A stretch of DNA of 59,546 nucleotides, from positions 310,001 through 369,546 of the forward strand of contig JBEUKZ010000066.1 of the NCBI GenBank assembly GCA_048128005.1, given 5' to 3'. Positions 33,361 through 44,556 of the stretch are shown one piece after another. Positions within the stretch are counted from its first letter, which is position 1, and the number at the start of each line of letters is the position of its first letter. The notes under the pieces were generated by a model. It did not search any database and was not told the origin of the DNA. It saw only the letters and a program-made list of their open reading frames with translations. Made by a program: the position numbers and the translations under genes. Origin of the DNA: Veleropilina oligotropha (lineage: Eukaryota).

Positions 33361-36300
33361 ATAGTGGGAAAACACATCGATCACTATGAGCAAAAATGTA
33401 ATGTCATCGTTGTATTTGGATACATTTTGCATATTGGCTAAATCACCATCAAACATCGAATCTATTCCTGCCACTATAACTCTACTTCGCTTGAATTTCC
33501 GTATCACTCCTTTTTGTAAACTGTAAGCATCTTGATCTAGCAACCATTGCGTAATTTTCTTCTTACTAATTCTGAATTGGTAGGAAATGTCTTGCCTTTG
33601 TCACTCATCTCGTACTTTCGAATGTGAATCAGTATTTCTTCTTGCCTTGGAGTTGCCGTCACAAACACATTGCCGCCAATATCTAGCTGGCATCTAGACG
33701 TACTCATAGTTGCCATCTCTGTCAATAATTCTTTCTGAATGATGATAACTGCTCACTCTATATAGTGGGAAAAGGCTATTTTTAGACCATGATTTCACTG
33801 ATTGCCGTCACGTCACTACGACACGCTCATTGGCTAATATGATCCTCATATACCCCAATATGTTCTATAATTCTCAGGACAGGGGATGCAGGGATCTCAG
33901 TCTATTTTTACATCATGTGAATTCACTTCTATTCATATATCAAGGGAAGGTTCACCTCGGGGTCACCCAAAGGTCGTACACCCCATGATGCTGATTAATC
34001 CATTCAAGGGCACCTCAGGGTCATCAAAAGGTCGTACACCCCATGATGCTGACCTACATTCAAGGGCACCTCAGGGTCATCCAAAGGTCAAAAGGTCAAA
34101 TGTTTTAAACAGACATGTGTACTACTAACTAGTCATCTTGGAAAATTATTCGAAAAAGTAATATTCAAACATGTATACGTGCATCGTGTAACTAATAATT
34201 TGATATACCCATTTCAGTCGGGTTTTTTTACCTGGGCATTGCACATCATATCAGTTACTTGAGATCTATAACAAAATTATGTCTGAAATCGATAAGGGAA
34301 ATTGTGTAACCAGCATTTACTGTGATATATCCAAAGCATTTGACAGGGTGTGGCAAACGGGGCTACTAGTCAAATTAACTTCATACGGTATAACCGGAAG
34401 ATTGCATAGTTGGTTTACAGACTACCTATCAAACAGATCGCAGCATGTCTGTGTTAATAACATTTTGTCCAAATCACACCCAATTAAGGCAGGTGTTCCA
34501 CAAGGATCCGTTTTGGGACCACTTTTGTTTTTACTTTACATTAATGACATTGGTAACGGCTTATCAGGTGATCAAAGACTGTATGCCGATGACACCTCTT
34601 TGTTTTACCCCCACTTACCAACCTCTAATATGGATATAATCATTAATAACGATTTGTCCATTCTTACACAGTGGGCCAAACGTTGGTTAGTAAATTTTAA
34701 TGCATCCAAAACCGAATGCTTAATAATATCTCGATCAAATGTTACCAGGATTCCCGACATTAAAATGGATAACGAACCACTTAAATTAGTCGATACGCAT
34801 AAACACTTAGGACTTATGATTAATAGCAAAGGGTCGTGGAAGGATCACATCAACGACATGCTAACGAAATGTTCAAAACTGATTGGTTTACTGAGAACTT
34901 TTAAATTTAAGCTAGATAGGAAAACCCATAGAATAATTTACCTCTCATTTATATGTTCTCGTTTAGAATATTGTTCGGTGGTATGGGATAATTGTACACA
35001 ATATGACGCTGATAGGATAGAGAAACTAAAGAATGAAGCCATTCGAATTATCACAGGCCTTCCCCATTATTGCACGTTAAATATTATGAAATGCGAAGTT
35101 GCTTTTCCAACCCTCCAAATATGACGTCGAAACCAACGCTTATGTCTTTTTTATAAAATAATGAATAGAACATGCCCGCCATACCTACATATGCTTCTTC
35201 CCCCTACCATTGGACAGCTGTCTCGTTACTCTACAAGAAATAGCAATATCCTAGCCGTTCCTCATACCAGAACTGAATTGTATAAAAGAACTTTTATCCC
35301 TCAAACTACTAATGACTGGAATTCTGTTCCAATAAATGTTAGAGAATCTAGGTCACTTCTTATTTTTAAAAGACTAATCTCAGAAAATATTCCATATGCC
35401 AAATTTTTCGACTTTGAACTGGATCGTAAAACGGCAATTTTGCATTGCAAAATTCGTAACAACTGCAGTAACCTATCTGGTGACCTCTACATTAATCACA
35501 TTATTGAAAACCCATGTTGTCGTTGTGGCTTTTCTATTGAAAATGCCGAGCACTATTTCCTATATTGCCCATTATATAATTGTATACGACAAATACTCCT
35601 AAACAATCTTGGGAATAATAATTCAACGGACACAATCCTCTATGGTAAACCAAACCTGAGTCTGGAGGAAAATTTAAGCATCTTTAAAACAGTACAAATA
35701 TTTATTAAATCATCAAAGCGTTTTGACTAATTAATTAAGTTAAACCTGTTTATCTCCACGAATATTTTGTATTATTGTGTATTCCTTATATTTGATTCAT
35801 TCCTGTCATTGTCAGAATAATCCTTTCTCTCTTACATTTGTTACTTATAGGGATCTAAACGCCCAAATATTCATGATATTATATACGTTAATGCTGCTTG
35901 CAAATATTCATATTGCGAAATGACTTATATAGGCTTCAGTCATTTTGTCAAATCGCAACATTCTTCTAAAGCTTGAATGTTATTATGTATTATACTAAAT
36001 GTATTATGTGTATTATTTATGATCCTATGAAAATTAAACAAAAATATTGTTCAATCAATCAACCACCTCGTGATTATTTTAAATTATTGCAACACTTTAT
36101 TGTGTAATTGCTTAAAATGATTGTGATTTAAATCTTTCTTTGTTGTAATAAGAATTGTGACTTGATCTATTTGGCACTCTCCGACACTCCCGTCTGCTCC
36201 CCACTCTGGACCAAAATATGTTCCCAACCTATGCAACTGTGTTGTGATTGTACAACAAATATGCAACAAACTTCACTAGTTCTGATTTTTTCACAACACG

Positions 36301-38141
36301 GGAATGATCATTTCGATATCAGACTTGTTGTCTAAACTTTATTTGCAAACATGTCAAGCATGATATGTTCTCATGTCAACATAGAGTAGTGTTAATACGA
36401 TTACGAATAATTAGTTCTATTGTAGTAGGATTTAACTTATCCGAACAAACAAACAGCGATTATATGTAAGGTGGTAAGCAATCAACTGTTAGTGTCTCGC
36501 AATTCCAGAAATCTACAAATTGGCGTTCTACCTTGAACAAACATGTGACATAATTTCTTATTATTTCGTGTAACAATATTTAGCGTATATGAACTTTATA
36601 TCGACGTTATATAACATTTGTCATATTTCCAGTTAATCATATTGCTGAATAAACCACCCGGCTAAACGATGACGTCATATATTGAAATGGTGCCAAATAA
36701 GGGAACTGATCATGGATACTGTGCTGAAAAGAAGAAACGGCCACCGGATGGTAATTATCCTAAACGCACGTACGCGAACATCACACAAATATGCGAACAC
36801 ATATGTAGGCCCATATACTCTTTGCGTATATGTATGCATTTGAAACCGTTGTCGAAATATTGTTTTATGATCGCGATAAATATGGGCAAATTTGACAATA
36901 CATATTGACATGAGCGCTGCATTTGACTTGTGTGATTTATATTATCACCAGAAAACAATATTTCAACTGTAAATATGACATCTATTATCCATTTCTTCAC
37001 ACAATTATTAGATTTAATTTTCCCAGTTTGTACACGAAAGATCGGCGATTACGAGTAGTCAATATCTAGACTAGTATTTTGCATATGAAAAGTGTCTTTC
37101 TTGATATCAGATAAAGACACCATTGGACCGACGCAACGGTAATAATAAACACTAGCCAGGCTATGCATACAACACATGACAAGCGGAAATGAATAAAATT
37201 ACAACACAAAACATATCTAGAAGTGAATTAAGGAATCACAAAGATTTCCGAGCTACGTACCTTGTATCGAGATACGCGTATCATAGATACAGGAACCACA
37301 ACATACCACCCTCTGGCATATAATGTAAGTATGTATATTATTAAGTTACATCATGGATTATTCGTCATAGTTACTGTTGGTGTCACTATGTTGCGCTTAT
37401 ATGATTTCGATTATTTAATTTAATTTGGATTTTAGTTTTTCGTTCCGTAAGAACATTTTTATTTATATTGTGCATTTGATTGTTTGACAAGGACTAGGAA
37501 ACCCACTAACTGCTCCTCCCTGGTTATGAAACACCGGCTCTCGTCACTACGGAGTATCATCGAACAAGAATGGAACCACCAAGTAGCCATCACCCTTCTC
37601 CTCTGAGAAGTCGGGTTCTTTGAATGCATTAGCCTACGATAATGGCATTCTGTGCGATAAGTCGATATACGGTATTGCATTTCAGAGAGTCGTGATCCCG
37701 CGTAGATCTGTCATGTGTGTCCACATTATTTAGCCATGTTTAAAGTGGGTATTTTGATATTTGATATAAATAGCTTGTTTTATTTGAATTCCCATGTAAA
37801 ATATCATTATTTTATGACACTGTTCCTTTAGAACCATGCATCGAATGGATAGAATGAAACACATTTTAATTATATCATAGCATTCGATTTTAATTGCTTG
37901 TTTTCAACATACGATCAATTTACTCAACGTTCTAACTGTGAAACATAAGTCATTCAATTACTTCGAGATGCTGTATAATATAAATATCAAATATCCAATA
38001 TAAAGCAATTACAATCTGCCCTCATACCAGACCGTCGTTAACCAATGAAAATCAGTAGCAACATATATCAACCATGACATTGTTTTTTCAGACAAAAAGC
38101 GTGAAAAAAGTTGGTACGTGTTAATTCACCAGGTAAAGAGA

Positions 38142-38639
38142 ATGGAGTTAACTTGTCAAAGAGCTGGATGGTTTGTCGTAGACCTCGCCTTCAGCAATGC
38201 TGTCATTGCACCATTGGTTGTTGGTTTTTGGAGAGGACTGTGGGAAATTTTAGACATTTACCTGTTTCCAAAACACCCATCGGCCAGTGGCTGGACGTCA
38301 TTCGGAATCGGCATAACCTTATACCTTCTATTTATTTTTCTGCAGCGATGTCTTCGTGAGCAATTATCACCTCGAAGTTGTTTCATTTTCGTGCCATGTT
38401 CCAGAATCTATACGTATTTAATGGGTGTCGCTGCCATAAACCATTGGAGAGGAGCATGGTTGTTGTACGATTGTTATGCTGGAACCAGCGAGCAAGCTGT
38501 CGTGGTCCTCGTCTGTATCAGTTGTGGAAGTTTGTGGGTTTTGCGGAGCAGCCGAAACGCAGTTGCAACTCCATTCGTACAATTCGTAGACACGGAGCCG
38601 ACAGATTATTTTGATATTTCTACTCGATTCAAAACTAAG
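38142..38639 (+). CDS. fusl: Fuseless-family multi-pass membrane protein, coding exon 1
   Basis: DLAFSNAVIAPLVVGFWRGLWEILDIYLFP and AAINHWRGAWLLYD (repeated WRGxW motif). Acceptor TTTTTTCAG at 38091, ATG 38142, phase-0 donor AAG|GTAATA. Confidence 0.8.
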
Positions 38640-39234
38640 GTAATAAATCGCCATCGCTTGATCTGAAGTGTGTATAACAATTTGGCATATTGCGTATGTA
38701 CTAATTTCTCATTTTATAGTGTTCATTTGTCTACACTAATAACATGTCTAATAGTAATATGTTGATGAAAAAATAGTTTGTGTTTAACTGAATATAAATA
38801 AGAACAAAAACATTTGGTTGATAAATTAACATATAATTGAAGTGATAATATACGACATATGGATGCGGGGATGTTCATATGAGATCGAAATCTTGGTATT
38901 GGTATTTTTCAACACCTGCTCCTAGGCGGGGCACCTTTCTTCAGTTAACAATCCCAGTTGTTCACAACAGACCGGGTATTTTCCGGCGACAAGGAATATG
39001 ATGAAAATCAGAAATCTCTATGACTAATAGCTTACCCATTAGAGCGGACTTGCGAAAATCAGAAATGATGTCATAAAATTCAGTTCCCTGGCCGGATTTG
39101 GAATATATTTTGGTATTTACATATACTGGTGTTCCTAGCCTTGTGCGAAAATTTCAAGGAAGCGAAGAGCGAAGGCAACAAGAATATATCATTCTTCTTC
39201 TGCAGATATGAGTTGATATGATAGGATTGGATCG

Positions 39235-39452
39235 ATGTACTGTATATTTAAAACCTTCAGGTTCAAGGTAGGATATGTCCATATGATCGCGGGAGGATAG
39301 CCCGGCCGCCCGGGGAAACCAGCATTGTGATTGGTAACTGAACAAAGTATATCATTGCCCCAACCAATATTTGAACGCACTCTCGTTAATCAGAGAAATG
39401 CAACCAGTGATTTCAGAGTCGGCACCGAGACCTCAAGCCTACCAAAGCGACC
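39235..39452 (-). mobile_element. tRNA-derived SINE (V-domain-like family), intronic
   Basis: GGATATGTCCATATGATCGCGGGAGGATAGCCCGG and CAGTGATTTCAGAGT shared with the other copies. Confidence 0.75.
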
Positions 39453-39799
39453 TCTGCAGATATTAACATCGACAAAATGATGGTTTTATTGCATATATCG
39501 TCTTAATCCATTTTGACCTAGTTTTCCTGTGTTTAAATTGAACATTATTTTTCACGAACCAACAGTCGTTGGGCTATTGTATTTGCTAATTGAGTAATTA
39601 TATGAATCCACTGCTGGCTGGCATCCGCATGGACGCTTCCATTATAGACAGGGGTGGCTGAAAAAGAAGCATTGCGAATACAGAAACAACAAAATAAGAT
39701 AAATCGGTCGTTTTATTATCACCAGAGGCTTTATCTTGGTATATTAATTATATTGATTTGAATCGTAAAGGTGTTGTCAGGATGTACGGGGGCATTGGA

Positions 39800-40185
39800 A
39801 GGACCAAACGCAACCTTAGCAACTGGCTGAGATTAATCAAGAACTTTGATGTTTCCAGATTCGTTAATAATGCTGCTCAAACGCCTTTTCATTGGCTCAC
39901 TCGTGCGCTTGTACTGACGAACAGCTTCGCTTCGATGCCCTGTTACTTCCGAAATTAGTTGTTCCACGCAACCAGCCTCGTACAGCCGTGTTGCTACTGA
40001 TGCACGAAGTGAGTGATTAGTACGCAGACCAGACAATCCAACTTACGGCACACGCGGGATACTACGCCAAGTAATTTATTTTTTCCCACTGGTGATGAGC
40101 CGAACCAAATTGCACCTTTCGGTGACTCTAGGGGCCGCAAATAAAAGGAGTTCGGTGGCTTGACATCAGGACTGGAAAAAAAACC
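39800..40185 (-). pseudogene. Crypton-type (DUF3504, ZMYM/QRICH1/KCTD1-related) tyrosine recombinase C-terminal fragment
   Basis: FYLRPL..WFGSSPVGKNKL, then a frameshift, then RTNHSLRASVATRLY..VTGHRSEAVRQYKR (HxxR, H and Y catalytic positions). Confidence 0.8.
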
Positions 40186-40753
40186 CACACACGGAAAATA
40201 TGACTGATTGCTTCAGAATTCTTACGACCACTTTCAGAATATTTCACCGTATCGAAGTCGGGCCCATTTAAAGGGTTTAAAGTCTCTATCCGACCAGGCG
40301 AATTGGCCCGCGTGGTTTATTTTTCACGAATGCACAGTTCCTCGTGGGTTAACCTATATTTAATGATTAAATAGCTTTGATATTTTGATTTTCATTGGAG
40401 TTCATTGTCCCATTAAAACGGGTAAGATCATGTCCCGTGAAGCCCAACAGCCTCAATCGGTTAAGGACCACTGTGACTGTTAGCTTTGAAATGTCATCGA
40501 CCGATCTCGTAACCACACAGTATACAGATATATGGACTAGTGATTTAATGGCAACACTCGAGTCTACTCTACCACCGATTTACTATAAAAGAACTTAATA
40601 GCTTATGATTAAATATTTTGATTTATTATTATTATGACATATATAATGTAGACAAATGCACACTGTTAAAATGATATATGCATGCGTATTATCGACTAAA
40701 AGGAACTGTCACTTAATCTAAAATGTTTATTACAATTTTGTGTAATGAGTACG

Positions 40754-40997
40754 TTCACCCAGCCGATCCGAGATCAAAATGGGTGCCTGGTTGGCAGTGG
40801 CAGAATATGTCAGAATAACTGGTCAAGCACCTAACAGGCATGTACTTGGCCGTAATACTCTCAGAGAGAGTTGAGAAGGAATATTGATTGAACGGGCCAA
40901 TAACCAGGGAATAATAATGTAATATAAGCGCTTTGAGCACGCATCTCGTGTGGGAAAGCGCACATAAATCTTCACATTATTATCATTATTATTATTA
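40754..40997 (+). mobile_element. 5'-truncated CORE-type SINE
   Basis: GTTCACCCAGC...AAATGGGTGCCTGGTTGGCAG...AAGCGCTTTGAG...(ATT)n; inverted sister of 50062-50382. Confidence 0.75.
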
Positions 40998-41030
40998 ACT
41001 TTCCTATTTGGAGTGTTAATTAATTTTGTA

Positions 41031-41127
41031 TCTATATATAAAGTAGTAAGTAAAGTTTCTTTGTTTGTGTGCGTGCCGGTTTGCCACTTCAGAATTCTGC
41101 GCCCATTCGAATTGGCCAGTTCACTAT

Positions 41128-41159
<32 letters not shown>

Positions 41160-41342
41160 TAGCTTGAGCTCTTTGATAAATTAGTTACGGCGACGGGGGG
41201 CAGGCATGTGTGAGCGGGAGGGCATGGAGGGAACTGGGAGGAAATTGAGAGGGAGAAATGGGGGTGAGGGGGAAATTGGATGGGGGGGAGGGATGAGGGA
41301 TTTCGGCGACTTCACCCGTTTGTAAACGGGTGTGCCTGCTAG
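41031..41342 (+). mobile_element. Non-autonomous Helitron
   Basis: A|TC start, perfect 9-bp hairpin CACCCGTTT-GT-AAACGGGTG (41313-41332), CTAG|T end, no TSD. Confidence 0.8.
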
Positions 41343-43623
41343 TTCGGTAATAAAGTATACATAATATATTGATGAAACAATGTTTGGTGTAAACAATATT
41401 TATGAACTTTTAAAGATATAAGTTGAGGAGTGTTGAAACAATGTTTAAAGTTGTATTGCCCGTATTGGTCGGACATTGCCCCACTAAGCCTTACCGACAC
41501 ATATGTAGGGGCTGTAAAAAGTTTGGGTGATTCAAAATGAATGGACTTACATTGTTTGCTGTTTTATAAACAAAAAATCGCTGCCCGATAATGGAATATT
41601 AGTATTTAAAGGCAGACATTTTCTTGGAAATTCGGTCATTTCTACGAACACCATGTCGAAAAATTAGTTTCGGCAGACATCTCATCGAAACACGCAGACG
41701 TTTCGTCAAATATGAAAAAACATTTATCTAAATTGCATGCAATATGAAAGCATTGTAAAATAGTAAATCTTCAACAATGCTGTAGCTCAAATTTCCATAA
41801 TTTCCAAGTTAATTTCGGTAGTTCCCAACTTGATGAAATTTCTTGAGGCGAAAAATACGTTACCCATAATAAAACTGGACCCGGCTTATTATTTTTCACT
41901 TATTATTTTTCACTTTAAATCATATTAGACTTTTTGGAAAAATTTCAAAGTTTCTAACTTCGACCAACTTGCACAAATACATTTGCGGTCTAGGATATTT
42001 TGTATTTTTCGCTACTTACGAGAAATTCAACTTTAAATAAACAATGTAAATTGACCATATACAAGCCATTCATCATTGCCAATTTTAATACTGCATTTCT
42101 GCATGGCATATCTGTACCCCGACAAATATGAAGATGATGGAAAAAATCCCAAAAGAGATTATCAACAATGATTTTAACTTTCCTATCAATATCTTACTAC
42201 AATGCGTCTTTTATAGACGATTTCACCAGATATTCGGCAATATTCGGAAACCGCTCGGGATTTTAGTCACATGGCGCCAAGTCATGTGACTGCTGGGCCA
42301 ATATGAGTCTGGTAGTCAAAAAATGGCGGCCGCGACATCGTCTGCATCTTGTTTACGTCGGGGGGGGGGGGGGGCACGTGCGGGTAAGTAGAATTTCCCG
42401 GGAATTCCGGTGTGTATGCAACTTTTTACCCCCTAAAAATGTTCCGGTGATTCTGATTGTATCTTCAAACCAGCATTGACAATATTAAGGCCACATAAAG
42501 TTGACGGCATAACTACCTGGGAGCCGCCATGTTGTTTGACTACCAGCCGCTGATTGGTCGATACGTTCGGCATATCGGCGAACAACCGTGTATTTCCGTG
42601 GGTGTTCGGGAGAACTCGGAGTGAAATCGTCTATACACACCAGAATAATGAAAGCTAGTAGCAATGGTTGTGACGTATTTTACATTTTTCACCATGTAGC
42701 ATCTTCTTTTATTCAAGATTTTGTTAAACACACATCCAATTACCCCCCCAAACAACAAAACCAATTACATATCCCAAAAGTCAACACTGCTATGAATGGA
42801 CTGTATTTTAGATATGAAATCATATGAAAATGAAACGGCTTGTCAAAGGATCGTTTTCACAAAATGTTGTATGTTTGGGATTAACTCAACTACTTTGTCC
42901 TCGGTTTGTTTTTCGCCACTTATACCTGAATGCAAACATGGCCGAGTTTAGTTACGTATACGGTGCTGGTCTACTAACGGGAGGTCATGGGCACAATCAA
43001 CGGGAGTGCTGGGGATGTTCCCCATTATCGCTGTCTCCATTGCACACAGCACCAAATCATTTCATAATTCAAAGTGGATTTATCCGATTATGACTGAAAT
43101 ACTGTTGGCGTGGTCGTTAAACATCATTTCATATTCAGCATTATTAACGTTATGGTTTGTACATGACCGATTGATATGACTTGACTAATTTATTCTTTAT
43201 TGTTGATTCTGTTTATTATTTAACGTATCATATACAATATACAAATTAGTATTGAATAACCTATCATACGTCATGTGCGATATATGTTATACTCAAATGA
43301 CATTTTGGTTTTTATGATACTAGGTTTATATTGTCAGTATACTCTGCATGTTATACAATGTTTTGATGTTTAATCTCTCTTATTTTTTCCTAATCGCGTA
43401 GAAATGCTCTATTAGTTATAGCTTATGTTTCTATATCGGTGTCTGTCATTGGTTTCGTAACATACAATTGCTTGCATGTGTTAACCTTTAGTTTCTTGGA
43501 TGATACATCATTATAGATCTTCTGGTCTTTCCGCAATAATTGGGATAAACTTATCTATGAAGTAATCGCAGATTTTAATACATGAAAACCAGCATCGCCG
43601 TAATCTCCTGTTTTGTGTTGCAG

Positions 43624-44265
43624 ATTCGCGCTTCCCCCGATCACGTAATCGACGTCGTGTTTTCGATCACAGTCGTCGGGACGCTGGTAGCGCTGATATG
43701 GCACGGGGCATGGAGCATGTGCGATCTATATTTGGCGCCAGATTCCATCACCAAATCTGCTTGGATGTCTTGTGCCATTGGCTATGGACTGTCATTGATT
43801 CTATTCACTCTGCAGTTTTTGTTTTCCGATTTATCAAAATGGCTAGAAAAGCGTACATTATATACGAAACAAGTTTTCGAGAACATGTGTACGTTCATGT
43901 CCATCGCTTCCAGTGTTCTGATTTGGCGGGGTTTGTGGGTGTCTCAAGATGTCTTCCTTTTACCGGATTCTCCGACCATAAGTGCCGTCATCAGCCACAC
44001 CGTGGGATTCGCCCTTGCCGTTGGGTTTGTCGTCGGAAACAGCCTTCTCATTCGAGGATGCCAACTGGATGGTGAAGCTTGCGACGGACAGGGCGTGTTG
44101 TATGACGTCCACATGTGGTGGAACTACGTCAGTGACTCTCAGTCGCACTCGACGATGCGCGTAAAAGAGGTAACAAGATTTGCGTCACCTCGGTCATCTA
44201 TAGTTAAGATAGAATCATGCGCATCAGTCCACTGCGCACTTCCGATAAGCGTCGTTCAAGTATGA
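43624..44265 (+). CDS. fusl: Fuseless-family membrane protein, coding exon 2
   Basis: Acceptor TTTTGTGTTGCAG, phase 0 matching exon 1. DVVFSITVVGTLVALIWHGAW and VLIWRGLW repeat the exon-1 architecture. Spliced product is 379 aa. Confidence 0.8.
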   Translation: MRASPDHVIDVVFSITVVGTLVALIWHGAWSMCDLYLAPDSITKSAWMSCAIGYGLSLILFTLQFLFSDLSKWLEKRTLYTKQVFENMCTFMSIASSVLIWRGLWVSQDVFLLPDSPTISAVISHTVGFALAVGFVVGNSLLIRGCQLDGEACDGQGVLYDVHMWWNYVSDSQSHSTMRVKEVTRFASPRSSIVKIESCASVHCALPISVVQV

Positions 44266-44556
44266 CGAGGCACTCTGCTCGCATAGTCATAGTCTAGTCA
44301 TAGTCTATAGAAGCCTGGGGCGTCGTTTCGTATTCTCTTTGCCTGGAGAGTGATGACGAGGCCAATCCGAAGTGCGCAGTGGCCTGGTGCGCACGAGGCA
44401 TGGGACAATATATCGAATAACCCCCCCCCCCTTAGGGATTTTATCCACTATGTTTTTCTTATAGCCAGGGCCCTCAGAAGTCATACTCTGCTTATTTGCC
44501 ATTAAACGGGTGGTGGGTATGCCCTACAGGGCTGTTGCCATGGCAACCCCATTTTT

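Larger units (their letters stand above)
31322..34126. mobile_element. Miniature palindromic (snap-back) Polinton/Maverick derivative
   Basis: Begins AGTAGT, ends ACTACT, 6-bp TSD AACTAG (31316-31321, 34127-34132). Carries a retroviral-type integrase fragment and a PC4-like gene. 33577-34126 is the inverse of 31322-31871; 33272-33578 is the inverse of 32900-33206. Confidence 0.95.
31283..36060 (+). mobile_element. 5'-truncated CR1-clade LINE interrupted by the mini-Polinton
   Basis: 9-bp TSD AACCACCTC (31274-31282, 36061-36069) and (TCAA)n tail. EPSNYRPISLT|SHLGKLFEK is split at AACTAG. RT ORF 34279-35124 (DISKAFD, GVPQGSVLGP, YADD) is in frame with 35161-35730 across one TGA. Confidence 0.95.

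Noticed and set aside
33262..33725. Independent minus-strand integrase and PC4 genes
   Set aside because: They are the mirrored fragments of 32900-33206 and 31723-31871, not separate genes.
31322..34126. Palindrome as a pure assembly artefact
   Set aside because: Disfavoured, not excluded: exact Polinton termini, 6-bp TSD, CR1 frame resuming afterwards, arm-specific substitutions and an asymmetric deletion are not expected from a chimeric read.
37459..37680. Short ORF upstream of the fuseless-like gene (RLMHSKNP, faintly SET-like)
   Set aside because: Other SET motifs are absent and there is no splice support.
41606..42500. Kolobok-like element starting TTAAAGGCAG
   Set aside because: No matching opposite terminus found.
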